From Eledone cirrhosa (taxonomy: Eukaryota): DNA of 64,000 bases. This document shows, piece by piece, positions 39,259-53,124 of this stretch. The position numbers were made by a program, and so were the translations under genes. The stretch is taken from positions 18,538,001-18,602,000 of the forward strand of contig OZ024750.1 in assembly GCA_964016885.1 (NCBI GenBank), given 5' to 3'. Under the pieces are notes generated by a model. It had not been told where the DNA came from and made no database searches. It saw only the letters and a list, made by a program, of their open reading frames with translations. Every line of letters begins with the position of its first letter. Within the stretch, counting starts at the first letter, position 1.

Positions 39259-40068
39259 TTAACTCTTTAGCATTTATATTACTCTATATATACTATTGTG
39301 TGAAGGCGCATGGCTTAGTGGTTAGAGCATTGCAATCGAAAGGTTGTGAGTTCAATTCTCGGACTGGGTGATGTGTTGTTTGTTTCCTTGAGCAAGACAC
39401 TTTATTTCACGTTGCTCCAGTTTACTCAGCTGTAGAAATGAGTACCGGCCTGTCCGCCCAGCCAGTGGGATGGCGTTATCTTATGGCTAAAACAGCACGA
39501 CATGCTGTGACCAGCGGCACCGATTGGCACCCGACAGACAGGTTGGTCAAGGTGATATATACTATTGTATTTTCACGGTAAAGGCTTTATCTCACATAAT
39601 ATCGAATCTATGAGATTTTGATATCATTTATTTTGAGAACAATACCTTAACATAAGTATGAGCTGCCAGTTGCGGCCTGTTTGAACAGAAAGAACGGTCT
39701 GTTTGAATAGAATGAGGTGAGAGGACTTTGGCCAGATACACCCAGTTTAAACGCTAAAGGGTTAAATCCTGCCGAGGTCAACTTTACCTTTCATCTAGGG
39801 TTGATAAAATAAAATACCAGTAATACACTGGAGCTGATTTAATCGACTTTCCCCTCTCCTAAAATTGCTGGCCTTGTGCCTAAATCAGAAACCATTATTA
39901 TTATTATTCAAATCAGATTGAGGGTTAATTTAGCCTTTCATTCTTCCAGGGGGTCAATAGGATAAAGTTCTGGCGCCACCAATATAATGATATAATCAGC
40001 TAACCCTTCTCCTAACACAAGTTTCTGATTCTGTACCTATGTTGGAAACAATTACAACCACCACCACC

Positions 40069-40141
<73 letters not shown>

Positions 40142-40220
40142 TCACCACCACCACCACAACCCAGCACCACCACTACTACTACTACTACTATCACCACCAC
40201 CACAACCCAGCACCACCACC

Positions 40221-40289
<69 letters not shown>

Positions 40290-40303
40290 GCTACTACTAC
40301 TTA

Positions 40304-40353
<50 letters not shown>

Positions 40354-40375
40354 CACCACCACCACTACAACTCAG

Positions 40376-40408
<33 letters not shown>

Positions 40409-40574
40409 ATATTTTACCACAGTTTAAGCAAGTTAAGGAGAGCTGGTTGTATTACAGTAGTTTGTGTTGTGTTAATTATGTTAAGCAATTTGTCTAGTCT
40501 AGAGATATGGTGTGATTTGAACATGGATCAGATAATATTACCATTTAGCTCATCCTACATACAGTTATACATAT

Positions 40575-40621
<47 letters not shown>

Positions 40622-42815
40622 TACATACAAAATCCGAGCTCACACACTTACACCTCTCCAAGACAATGTCACTGGACCGAGATCTTTGGCGCTACGTAGT
40701 AATACAGAAGACCCACCTTGCCTAAGTACAAAGCGAAACCTACAGTCAGTAGGCACCTCTTAACCAAAATACACCCCCGTCCCACTACCTCTACCTCCAC
40801 CACCATCTACACCACCCCTTTCGATGTAAAGCTATGTTGGTACCACAACATCCAGTCCTAAATAAATGAGGTCGTGTAGGTCTCACGACAAAAAAACACA
40901 CAGTCCACGCTGTAATGTGGCCGTGTAGGTAACACGGTAAAAACCTCCCAGTCCACACTGTAAACGTGGTTGGTGTTAGGAAGGGCATCCAGCCGTAGAA
41001 AACCCGCCAGACAGTCCTGAGCAAGACAACCAATCTTGCCTCAAGTGGGACAATTCCCGTCCAGACCCATGCAAGCGTGGAAGATGAACGTTAAACGATG
41101 ATGATGATGATATGTATGTATGCATACATATATGTATGTATATGTATGCGCACACACATGTATGGATGTAAAACAGTGATGATTATGATGATGATATATA
41201 TATATACACACATATATTTGTCACACACACAAAAACAAGGTGGCGTAGGACAAAACAAAGGAGAGGCACAAAAACAAAGAAAAGAATCCCGAATCACTGA
41301 AGAGGTCACAGAATGTGAGACGAAAGAACTTTGACAATATATGAACAATCGTCTGGTTGTGGAACCAACCAACCGGAAATTTATAAATTCTTAAATTTAT
41401 AAATTTAATTTATAATAAATTGAAGTGAAAGCAACTGGTGCGTGTGTTTCTTATTGGCAACATGACCCTTCCAAAGTATAACAATATCGGTTTCGACACA
41501 CGTTTTCAGATAAAGAATCTTGCTAAACATATTCAGAAACGAAATATATACATAAGGCTCACTATTTAGCCATAATAAATGAGCATGTGTATATATTTAT
41601 ATATATGTATAATAATTGTTTCTACTTTAGGCACAAGGCCAGCAAATACCCAGTGCATTACTGGTAAATAATTGTTTGTAATTATGGCAAGGCCAACAAT
41701 TTGAAGGGGAGGAGAAAAGTCAATTAAATCTACCCCAGTGCATTACTGGTACTATATTTTATTGACTCTGTTAGGATGAAAAGTGAAGCTAAGCTTGGTG
41801 GGATTTGAACTCAGAACAGCATCCAGGTTAAACAGTCATTTACATATATGTGTTTGTGGATTGAACAATAAAAAAACAGAAGTCAGGTGTAGGGAGATAG
41901 TTAGTTTATTGTTTTACAATTGTTTCAGAGGGTTGATTGATTAATAGAGATTGATGTATTGACTGGCATGGTAGTGGTTAAGTTAATACCTATTTCTAGT
42001 CTTGAAATCCCTATTCAAGCAGTCATGGAAACCAAACCCCAAACTGAGCATACAAACAAAATGTGGTCACTTGACTAGTCTAGCCTCAGTACTTGACAGC
42101 CTGTCTTAACTCAGGCAACTGTAGAAAATAAAGGTCAAAAGGGTGATGCTAATGATAACTATTGCTTGATGCCCTTCCGAATGCCAACTACTTTACAGCA
42201 TGGACTGACAGCATTTGGCACTTCCACCTTACAAGGGTTCTTTTACTGTGACACCAGCACTACCACTTTACAGAGCGGGCAGGGTGGATTTTTATCATGG
42301 CACCATCATGGTGAAGTCATTGATGTGAGTGGCACTGACATGAGAGAGGTTATTGTCCTAGATTCAAATGAAGACTCCTCTCTACCCAGTTGGCATGGGT
42401 GGGTGTCAAGTCACTACCTCAACCCATGTCTTCCTTGGTCTACCTCTTCCACAATTTCCAACCTCTGAGATTTCTCTGCACCTCTTTATACAGATACTTG
42501 GTCCAACTCATGCCAGCATGGAAAGCAGATGTAAAATAATTGTTTCTACTTTAGGCACAAGGCCAGCAATTACCCAGTGCATTACTGGTACTTTATTTTA
42601 TCGACCCCGTAAGGATGAAAGGCAAAGTCAACCTCGGCTGGATTTGAACTCAGATCGTAAAGGGACGTAACTATGCTGGAAAGCACGGCGTCCGACCCTC
42701 TACCGATACTGCCAAGCAGATGTAAAATAATGATGTTGATGATGATATGCAGTTTTGTATATCATACAAGCAGGGAAAAGCACACGTAAAATGATGATGA
42801 TGATGATGATGATGA

Positions 42816-42864
<49 letters not shown>

Positions 42865-43317
42865 GACGTGTGGCTGAGGTGAAGGCGTGTATCTGACTGG
42901 TTAGAGAATTGGATTTGCAATCGTGAGGTTGTGAGTTCGATTCCTGGACCAGGCGATGCGTTATGTCCTTGAGCAAGACACTTTATTTCACGTTGGTCCT
43001 TTTACCTGGAGTTGCAAACGATAGATAGTATTAGCAATTGGAAAGACCAACGGAAACATTGTTTCCTCGGTCCGATTTGACGAAAGTCGATCGTTAAAAA
43101 AAAAAAATATATATATATATATATACTCACACGTACACACACATGTGTGTATGTATATATATATATATATATACATATGACCAAAAGTTAAACAAGGTTC
43201 ATTGATTAATCAATGAATATAGTTTTACAATAGATTAGAAGCACTCAACAAAGAGGTTTTCTTGAGTTATTAATATTAATTCAAAATATTAATAAATATA
43301 GACATTCATGAAATCAA

Positions 43318-43389
43318 ATATATTTTATTATATATATTTCAGAGGTACTGTGCTGTTTCCTCAGTACGTCCTCATCAGATAAAATATAT
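43318..43389 (-). ncRNA. type-I minimal hammerhead ribozyme (Penelope-like/retrozyme type)
   Basis: Minus strand reads atatattttat-CTGATGA-ggacgtactg..cagtacctct-GAAA-t(atat)a-TA-ataaaatatat: 11-bp stem I, gtactg/cagtac stem II, 1-bp stem III with palindromic loop, AUA cleavage triplet. Confidence 0.85.
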
Positions 43390-43508
43390 AAATTGATGTC
43401 TGACATACCTCAACTGTGCTGATGGTTCAATTCCAGTCTTGGCAGGAAATATATATATAATAAAATATATTTGATTGCATGAATGTCTATATTTATTAAT
43501 ATTTTGAA

Positions 43509-43554
<46 letters not shown>

Positions 43555-43646
43555 CATATATATACATATATATATATACATATATATATATACATATATA
43601 TATATATGTAGAGACCTATAAATACCATATTTATTTTTTGATACCC

Positions 43647-43697
43647 AGATTCCTGATGATTTCTAAAGAATGAAACAGTTCTAGTCCTGTAGAATCT
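43647..43697 (+). ncRNA. type-I hammerhead ribozyme
   Basis: agattc-CTGATGA-t-ttc(taaa)gaa-t-GAAA-cag(ttctagtc)ctg-TA-gaatct: 6-bp stem I, 3-bp stem II with U.U closure, 3-bp stem III, GUA site. Confidence 0.8.
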
Positions 43698-43789
43698 CAT
43701 CTATATTAAAACTTTTATACTCTGCAATGTATTGAGTACCTTACTTACTGTGGTTACCTCCGATTCAACCCGGAATAACGTACTATATA

Positions 43790-43857
<68 letters not shown>

Positions 43858-44070
43858 CATACATACACACACATACACACACACACATGTGTGTGTACAT
43901 GTGTGTGTTTTAGAAATATCTGTTATTTTTTTAATATAAGTTTCCTCTGTTTAACCGTGAAACTCCAGAAGAACCCCCACACCCACAGATGTTTTAAAAA
44001 TAATCTTGGGATTTCCTTCCAGTCTTTTCTTTCCTTTTTTTACTTTTTTGGCATTGGCACAACCAGATTC

Positions 44071-46000
44071 TGTGTATGGCTATATGTGTATGTGTATGAG
44101 GGTGTATATATGTATGTGTGTATGGTTATATGTGTATGTGTATGAGGGTGTATATATGTATGTGTGTATGGTTATATGTGTATGTGTGTGAGAGTGTATA
44201 TATGTATGTGTATGGCTATATGTGTATGTGTATGAGGGTGTATATATGTATGTGTGTATGGATATATGTGTATGTGTATGAGGGTGTATATATGTATGTG
44301 TATGGCTATATGTGTATGTGTATGAGGGTGTATATATGTATCTGTGTATGGCTATATGTGTATGTGTATGAGGGTGTATATATGTATCTGTGTATGGCTA
44401 TATGTGTATGTGTATGAGGGTGTATATATGTATGTGTGTATGGATATATGTGTATGTGTATGAGGGTGTATATATGTATGTGTATGGCTATATGTGTATG
44501 TGTATGAGGGTGTATATATGTATCTGTGTATGGCTATATGTGTATGTGTATGAGGGTGTATATATGTATATGTGTATCGCTATATGTGTATGAGTATGAG
44601 GGTGTATATATGTATGTGTATGGCTATATGTGTATGTGTATGAGGGTGTATATATGTATGTGTATGGCTATATGTGTATGTGTATGAGGGTGTATATATG
44701 TATGTGTATGGCTATATGTGTATGTGTATGAGGGTGTATATATGTATATGTGTATGGCTATATGTGTATGTGTATGAGGGTGTATATATGTATCTGTGTA
44801 TGGCTATATGTGTATGTGTATGAGGATGTATATATGTATATCTGTATGGCTATATGTGTATGTGTATGAGGGTGTATATATGTATGTGTATGGCTATATG
44901 TGTATGTGTATGAGGGTGTATATATGTATGTGTATGGCTATATGTGTATGTGTGTATGGCTATATGTGTATGTGTATGAGGGTGTATATATGTATCTGTC
45001 TATGGCTATATGTGTATGTGTATGAGGGTGTATATATGTATCTGTGTATGGCTATATGTGTATGTGTATGAGGGTGTATATATGTATATGTGTATCGCTA
45101 TATGTGTATGAGTATGAGGGTGTATATATGTATGTGTATGGCTATATGTGTATGTGTATGAGGGTGTATATATGTATGTGTATGGCTATATGTGTATGAG
45201 TATGAGGGTGTATATATGTATCTGTGTATGGCTATATGGGTATGAGTATGAGGGTGTATATGTGTATCTGTGTATGGCTATATGTGTATGTGTATGACGG
45301 TGTATATATGTATCTGTGTATGGCTATATGTGTATGAGTATGAGGGTGTATATATGTATCTGTGTATGGCTATATGGGTATGAGTATGAGGGTGTATATA
45401 TGTATGTGTGTATGGCTATATGTGTATATGTATGAGGGTGTATATATGTATGTGTGTATGGATATATGTGTATGTGTATGAGGGTGTATATATGTATGTG
45501 TGTATGGCTATATGTGTATATGTATGAGGGTGTATATATGTATCTGTGTATGGCTATATGTGTATGAGTATGAGGATGTATATATGTATATGTGTATGGC
45601 TATATGTGTATATGTATGAGGGTGTATATATGTATGTGTATGGCTATATGTGTATATGTATGAGGGTGTATATATGTATCTGTGTATGGCTATATGTGTA
45701 TGTGTATGGGGATGTATATATGTATCTGTGTATGGCTATATGTGTATGTGTATGAGGATGTATATATGTATGTGTATGGCTATATGTGTATGAGTATGAG
45801 GATGTATATATGTATGTGTGTATGGCTATATGTGTATGAGGGTGTATATATGTATATGTGTATGGCTATATGTGTATGAGTATGAGGATGTATATATGTA
45901 TATGTGTATGGCTATATGTGTATGTGTATGAGGGTGTATATATGTATCTGTGTATGGCTATATGTGTATATGTATGAGGGTGTATATATGTATGTGTGTA
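44071..46000. repeat. 44-46-bp minisatellite, about 40 copies
   Basis: Unit tgtgtatggctatatgtgtatgtgtatgagggtgtatatatgta. Confidence 0.93.
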
Positions 46001-46475
46001 TATATGTATGTGTGTATGGCTATGTATATATATCAGGATGTATATATGTGTGGGTGTATGAGTATGTTATGTATATATGTATGAGGATGTATGTGTGTAT
46101 GAATATATTGGTGTATATGTATGAGGGTGTATGTATATATGTGTGTATGAGCATATTGGTGTATATGTATGTTGGTGTATATGTATGAGGGTGTATATAT
46201 GTATGGGGGTATGGGTATGTTGGTGTATGTGTATGAGGGTATATGTCTGTATGGGTGTATGTGTGTGTGAGTGTATGTGTATGAGGGTATATATGTGTGG
46301 GGTGTATGAGTAAGTATATGTGTGGGGTGTGTGTGTGTGTATGTATGTGGATGTATGTGTGTGTGAGTGTATGTGTGTGTGAGTGGGTGTATACGAGTGT
46401 ACATGTGGTTGGATGTGTATGTTTGTGTGAATACAACTTTCTATCTATCTATCTGTCAATCTATCTATCTTTCCA

Positions 46476-46540
<65 letters not shown>

Positions 46541-48175
46541 CAATCTGACTATCTGTAATGGAATGGACCTCCACCATTTTCGACGATGAGTGTTCCAGTT
46601 GCTTGACCAGTGAAGCAGCTTTCTCATGTAATTCTCAGGGAGATTCAGTATAACATGAATTTCCAAACATTTTCTGTCTATGCAATTTTATTCACAAACA
46701 GGGTCTCCAAGAGAAATTTTGCAAGGTGGTACAAGACCCCTTTGGGGCCCTGAAGCAGGCAAAGATTTTTCTCAAAATAGATGTTGGATGGTTGCTGTGG
46801 GGCCTTCTTAGCTCATGGGCTCTGGAACAATGTACCGGCTGGACTTCCCTCTCATGGGCCATGGTTACAGCCAACACATATGTAGATTTAGCTGACCTCT
46901 TGAAAGTTTGCATTTCATAGAAGGATCCTGAACACAAGTACCGGCTGGACCCCACTCTCATTGGCTCTATTCACAAGTCTTAGGTCAACTGAGGGTTATG
47001 GTAAATATTACTTGCTCAAGATGTCTTGCTGTTGGATTAAACTCAGGACCTTTCTATCAAACTACTTCTGCATAAGAATAATAGTATTTTAGGAATAAGA
47101 ATATTTGTGATCTTCTGTAGTTCTATATCAACGGTCCCATAACTCCTAATGGATTTGTAGGGGTGCCATTCTGAACCATGTAACACACATCACACTCCAA
47201 GCTTGACTACAGCCAACTTCTTCTAGAGAGAGAGAGAGAGAAGGGGGGAAGAGAGCGAGAGAGAGGGGGTAGAAAGAGAGAGAAGGGAGCGAGAGAAAGA
47301 GAGAGGAGATAGAGAGAGAGAGAGAGAGAGAGAGAAGAGAGAGCAAGAGAGAGAGAGAAATTTGCTGCGAAAAGCTTGAAAAAGTTGATAAAATCTGGCC
47401 TCCTTTAGGTGTCCCTGCTATTTACCTGTAACTCTCTTTCGGAGTCTCCTCCAATGTCTCATGATATGCAACATTTACGTGACCATCCCACGGATTATGG
47501 TGGATTGGCAGTATCGATAGAGGGTCGGACACCATGCTTTGACGCATAGAGTTACGGCCCTTGGCATTCTGAGTTCAAATCCCGCCGAAACTAACTTTGC
47601 CTTTCATTCTTACGGAGTCGATAAAATAAAGTACCAGTAATGCACTGGGGTAATGGCTGGCCTTGTGCCAAAAGTAGAAACAATTATTATAATTGGTGGA
47701 TTGGTAGTATTGGTGGAGGGTCGGACGCCATGCTTTGACGCATAGAGTTACGGCCCTTGGCATTCTGAGTTCAAATCCCACCAAGGTTAAGTTTGCCTTT
47801 CATCCTTGTTTGCTGGACTCTAAAGGCTATGTCAGATACTGAAGGTGGTTCTGTTGGTAATAAAAGCAACTTGAGATGTTTGTTTATGTTGTCTCATGTA
47901 AACAATATGTCCCGCAGCATAGCCATTTGACAGAAATGAGTGGTAGTATTTACTTGACTTAAAAATAAAATTTCATCCTGCACTGGGATAATTGCTGGCC
48001 TTGTGCCAAAAGTAGAAACAATTATTATTATCAAGAAGAAGAAGAAGGAGAAGGAGGAGGAGGAGTTAATTATATCACCCCCACCCCCCACCCCCAGTAC
48101 TTTGCTGGTATTTTATTTTATGGATGCCAAAAAGGTGAAGGCTAAAGTTGATTTTTGGCAAAATTTCAACAACAA

Positions 48176-48216
<41 letters not shown>

Positions 48217-48487
48217 GCAACAACAATAACAATGATAATAATTGTTTCTAATTTTGTTGTCACAAGGCCAGCAATTTTTTTTAGAAGAGGGGGGATGGGG
48301 TAAAGTCGATTATATCAACCCTGAGTATTTAACTGGTATTTTATTATATGGATGCCAAAAAGGTGAAAGGTAAAGTTGACTTTGGCAAGATTTCACCAAC
48401 AACAACAACAACAATAACAGTAATAGTAATAGTTTCTAAATTAGATATAAGGCCAGAAACTTAGTGAGAAGAGAAAGTAGTTGTGTG

Positions 48488-49770
48488 TGTCACAACAAAA
48501 AGCACCCAGTCCACACTGTAAAGTGGTCGTGTAGGTGTCACAACAAAAAGCACCCAGTCCACACTGTAAAGTGGTCGTGTAGGAGTCACAACAAAAAGCA
48601 CCCAGTCCACACTGTAAAGTGGTCGTGTAGGTGTCACAACAAAAAGCACCCAGTCCACACTGTAAAGTGGTCGTGTAGGTGTCACAACAAAAAGCACCCA
48701 GTCCACACTGTAAAGTGGTCGTGTAGGTGTCACAACAAAAAGCACCCAGTCCACACTGTAAAGTGGTCGTGTAGGTGTCACAACAAAAAGCACCCAGTCC
48801 ACACTGTAAAGTGGTCGTGTAGGTGTCACAACAAAAAGCACCCAGTCCACACTGTAAAGTGGTCGTGTAGGTGTCACAACAAAAAGCACCCAGTCCACAC
48901 TGTAAAGTGGTCGTGTAGGTGTCACAACAAAAAGCACCCAGTCCACACTGTAAAGTGGTCGTGTAGGTGTCACAACAAAAAGCACCCAGTCCACACTGTA
49001 AAGTGGTCGTGTAGGAGTCACAACAAAAAGCACCCAGTCCACACTGTAAAGTGGTCGTGTAGGTGTCACAACAAAAAGCACCCAGTCCACACTGTAAAGT
49101 GGTCGTGTAGGAGTCACAACAAAAAGCACCCAGTCCACACTGTAAAGTGGTCGTGTAGGTGTCACAAAAAAAAGCACCCAGTCCACACTGTAAAGTGGTC
49201 GTGTAGGTGTCACAACAAAAAGCACCCAGTCCACACTGTAAAGTGGTCGTGTAGGTGTCACAACAAAAAGCACCCAGTCCACACTGTAAAGTGGTCGTGT
49301 AGGTGTCACAACAAAAAGCACCCAGTCCACACTGTAAAGTGGTCGTGTAGGTGTCACAACAAAAAGCACCCAGTCCACACTGTAAAGTGGTCGTGTAGGT
49401 GTCACAACAAAAAGCACCCAGTCCACACTGTAAAGTGGTCGTGTAGGAGTCACAACAAAAAGCACCCAGTCCACACTGTAAAGTGGTCGTGTAGGTGTCA
49501 CAACAAAAAGCACCCAGTCCACACTGTAAAGTGGTCGTGTAGGTGTCACAACAAAAAGCACCCAGTCCACACTGTAAAGTGGTCGTGTAGGTGTCACAAC
49601 AAAAAGCACCCAGTCCACACTGTAAAGTGGTCGTGTAGGTGTCACAACAAAAAGCACCCAGTCCACACTGTAAAGTGGTCGTGTAGGTGTCACAACAAAA
49701 AGCACCCAGTCCACACTGTAAAGTGGTCGTGTAGGTGTCACAACAAAAAGCACCCAGTCCACACTGTAAA
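48488..49770. repeat. 48-bp minisatellite, about 27 copies, derived from a SINE internal unit
   Basis: Unit gtcacaacaaaaagcacccagtccacactgtaaagtggtcgtgtaggt; runs directly into the SINE-B/RTE tail at 49771-49890. Confidence 0.96.
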
Positions 49771-50117
49771 TGTGGTTGGCGTTAGGAAAGGCATCCAGCT
49801 GTAGAAACCTAGCCAGAAACAGTTCTGTGTGAACAACCCGTCTAACCCATGCTAACGTAGAAAGTGGACATTAAACAATGATTATGATGATAATGATGAT
49901 GAAAATGACTCTGAAAGGAAAAAGAAATGCAAAGAAAACCCCAATAGGATTTGAATTCTGAACCCAGAGAGCCAAAACAAATACCACAAGACATTCTACC
50001 TGATCCTAAAACTCCACCAATCTATAAGCCAAGTAGTATTTTAGAGGTAAATGTATTTGTGGCCTATAGCAGATCTATGTCAAAGATACTGACTCTAATA
50101 TTTTACCTTCTGTCAAC

Positions 50118-50520
50118 AAACAAAACATAAAAATAATGTAAAATAAATAAAAAACATTTAACTAACAAAACATAAAAATAATGTAAAATAAAAAAGATAA
50201 ACATTTAATTAACAAAACATAAAAATAATGTAAAATAAAAAAAAAACATTTAACTAACAAAACATAAAAATAATGTAAAATAAAAAAAAACATTTAACTA
50301 ACAAAACATAAAAATAATGTAAAATAAAAAAAACCATTTAACTAACAAAACATAAAAATAATGTAAAAGAAAAAAGAAAAACATTTAATTAACAAAACAA
50401 AAATAATGTAAAATAAAAAAGAAAAACATTTAACTAACAAAACATAAAAATAATGTAAAATAAAAAAAAAACATTTAATTAACAAAACAAAAATAATGTA
50501 AAATAAAAAAAAAACATTTA
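50118..50520. repeat. AT-rich 45-48-bp tandem repeat, about 9 copies
   Basis: Unit aacaaaacataaaaataatgtaaaataaaaaaaaacatttaact. Confidence 0.9.
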
Positions 50521-50909
50521 TGGTAATAAAAAAAGCTAAACTTTTACTTATTTACTGAAAACGTTAAAAGCTAAAAAAAAAAAAAAAACTTCACTCCTAA
50601 AATACTATCTTTAGTGAAGATAACAGAAATATCAGTTACAGATTAAAACAACATCAACATAAACAACAACAACACTAACAACAACAACATGAACATCAAC
50701 AACAATAACAACAGTAGTAGTAGTAGCCGCATCAACAGCAGTAAAAAGAACAACAACAATGACACCAACAACATTATCACCCTCACTAACTATAGCACTG
50801 CCACCACCAACAACAACATCAACAACATCAACAACAACAACACCAACAACACCAACAACAGCATCAACAATACGATGACTACCACTACCACTAAAAGCAC
50901 CATCTGCAA

Positions 50910-51640
50910 CATCACCACCACCACCACCACCACTACCTCTAACTACTACAATAACTACACTCCCTAACACCAACCACCACCACCATCTCCACCACCACCA
51001 CCACTAACTACTACAATAACTACACCCCCTAACTCCAACCACCACCACCACCACCACCACCACTACCTCTAACTACTACAATAACTACACTCCCTAACAC
51101 CAACCACCACCACCATCTCCACCACCACCACCACTAACTACTACAATAACTACACCCCCTAACTCCAACCACCACCACCACCACTACCACCACCAGCATC
51201 TCCACCACCACCACTAACTACTACAATAACTACACCCCCTAACTCCAACCACCACCACCACCATCCCCACCACCACCACCACCACCACTAACTACTACAA
51301 TAACCTACACCTCCACCACCACCACCATCCCCACCACCACCACCACCACTACCACCACCACCATCTCCACCACCACCACCACTAACTACTACAATAACTA
51401 CACCCCCTAACTCCAACCACCACCACCACCACCACCATCTCCACCACCACCACCACTAACTACTACAATAACTACACCCCCTAACTCCAACCACCACCAC
51501 CACCACCACCACCACCATCTCCACCACCACCACCACTAACTACTACAATAACTACACCCCCTAACTCCAACCACCACTACCACCACCACCACCACCATCT
51601 CCAACCACCACCACCATCTCCACCACCACCACCACCACTA
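50910..51640. repeat. (CCA)n-rich tandem repeat with a ctaactactacaataactacaccccctaactccaa core
   Basis: About 9 variable-length units. Confidence 0.88.
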
Positions 51641-51649
51641 CACTGTTCA

Positions 51650-52020
51650 TCAGTTAGCTTGGACTTGTCAATCTCCCTACATCTCTTTGCCAGACACTTA
51701 GCATAGACTTTACCAAAGAGGCTTAACAAGGAAATCCCTCTATAATTGGAACAATCTCTTTAGTCCCTCTTTCTGAAAATTGGGATTATCACTCCTGATT
51801 GCCATTACTTAGGTGCCTTTCCAGAGATCCAGGCCAGCAGACACACACGAGTCTGCCAGAGAATACTTTCTCTATTTAATGCTTTTAACATCCCAGACTG
51901 AAATTCATCTTCCCCAATGGCCTTGCTACATTTGAGCTCTTTAATTGCTTTTGTGACCACAGCTTCCGAGAGATAAGTCATCACTCCCAGATGCCCCTTG
52001 TGTACATCAGAAGATGCTGT
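51650..52020 (-). mobile_element. RTE-clade LINE fragment (RT N-terminal region)
   Basis: Minus frame WQSGVIIPIFRK...DCSNYRGISLLSLFGKVYAKCLAKR. Confidence 0.75.
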
Positions 52021-52587
52021 TGTGATCGGGTGATCGATTATATTGATTGATTTTTTTGATAATCAATTACATACATTGATTTTGAGCTACCGGCTATGAA
52101 GGAACACTATAAGGCCTCTCTTATGATTTCACCTGTGTACATAATCTTCTATGGAATATGTATTTGGTATATATACAATATACTGTTTCTTATACGATAT
52201 ATAGCTCTTTCTCTATATATACATATATCATTTTCATTTGGTTATATATATATATGTAGGAGTTGTATTTAATTTGTTGGAATTCCGACAAACATAAATG
52301 TTTATAACTGGTATAGAGCACTGGAGTAAATATTCCAAAATAATAATTGTTTCTACTTTTGGCACAAGGCCAGCAATTATCCAGTGCATTACTGGTACTT
52401 TATTTTATCGACCCCGTAAGGATGAAAGGCAAAGTTAACCTCGGGAAACTATATTTATAAAACCATATTTATTTTATTATATATATTTCAAGGGCGACCA
52501 AACCATTCTTGATGTGCTTTCCAGTGAATTTTGAACCGTTAAGGTATGATTTCCATGGGTATGTTGTTATTTATAAAACAAATTTTG

Positions 52588-52652
52588 TATTTTATCTGAT
52601 GAAAGCGTACAAAGATTGGCTTGGTCGCCCTTGAAATATATATAATAAAATA
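52588..52652 (+). ncRNA. type-I minimal hammerhead ribozyme, same family as 43318-43389
   Basis: tattttat-CTGATGA-aagcg..cgccctt-GAAA-t(atat)a-TA-ataaaata: 8-bp stem I, imperfect stem II. Confidence 0.75.
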
Positions 52653-53107
52653 AATATGGTTTTATAAATATAGTTTCCATTTATTATTATCTTGGTATAT
52701 ATATATCATCATCATCATCATCATTTTTACGTCCGCTTTTCCCTGCTTGCAAGGGTGGGACGGGAACTGATTCTGGCTTGATTTCTACAGCTGGATGCCC
52801 TTCCTAACACCAACCTCATTTACAGTGAGTGCTGGGTGCTTTTTTTGCTGTGGCACCTCCACGGCCACTTTACAGTGGAATGATAGGGACCCCAGTCCTA
52901 CCATCTCATTTCTACAGCTGAGTAAACTGGAGCAATGTGAAATAAAGTGTCTTGCTCAAGGAAACAACACATCACCCGGTCTGAGAATTGAACTCACAAC
53001 CCACAACCTTCCGATTGCAAGGCCTTGCAAGGCCAATGCATATATATATATATATATATATATAAGTTCGAAATGCATCGACGATTGTCCCCTTTGCTTC
53101 TGCTGGA

Positions 53108-53124
53108 CACCACCAGAGGGCGTG
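53108..53124 (+). promoter_or_regulatory. CTCF-like motif (CCACCAGAGGGCGT)
   Basis: Close match to the CTCF core in a short GC-rich unique island. Confidence 0.5.

Noticed and set aside
41295-41335. CTGAAGA..GAAA hammerhead-like motif (similar weak ones at about 20755-20785 and 52110-52150 on the minus strand)
   Set aside because: Stem I/III pairing is too short or the core is mutated; cannot be distinguished from chance without a family consensus.
48461-49804. 433/446-aa ORFs on both strands
   Set aside because: The 48-bp unit is divisible by 3 and derives from a SINE; not protein-coding.
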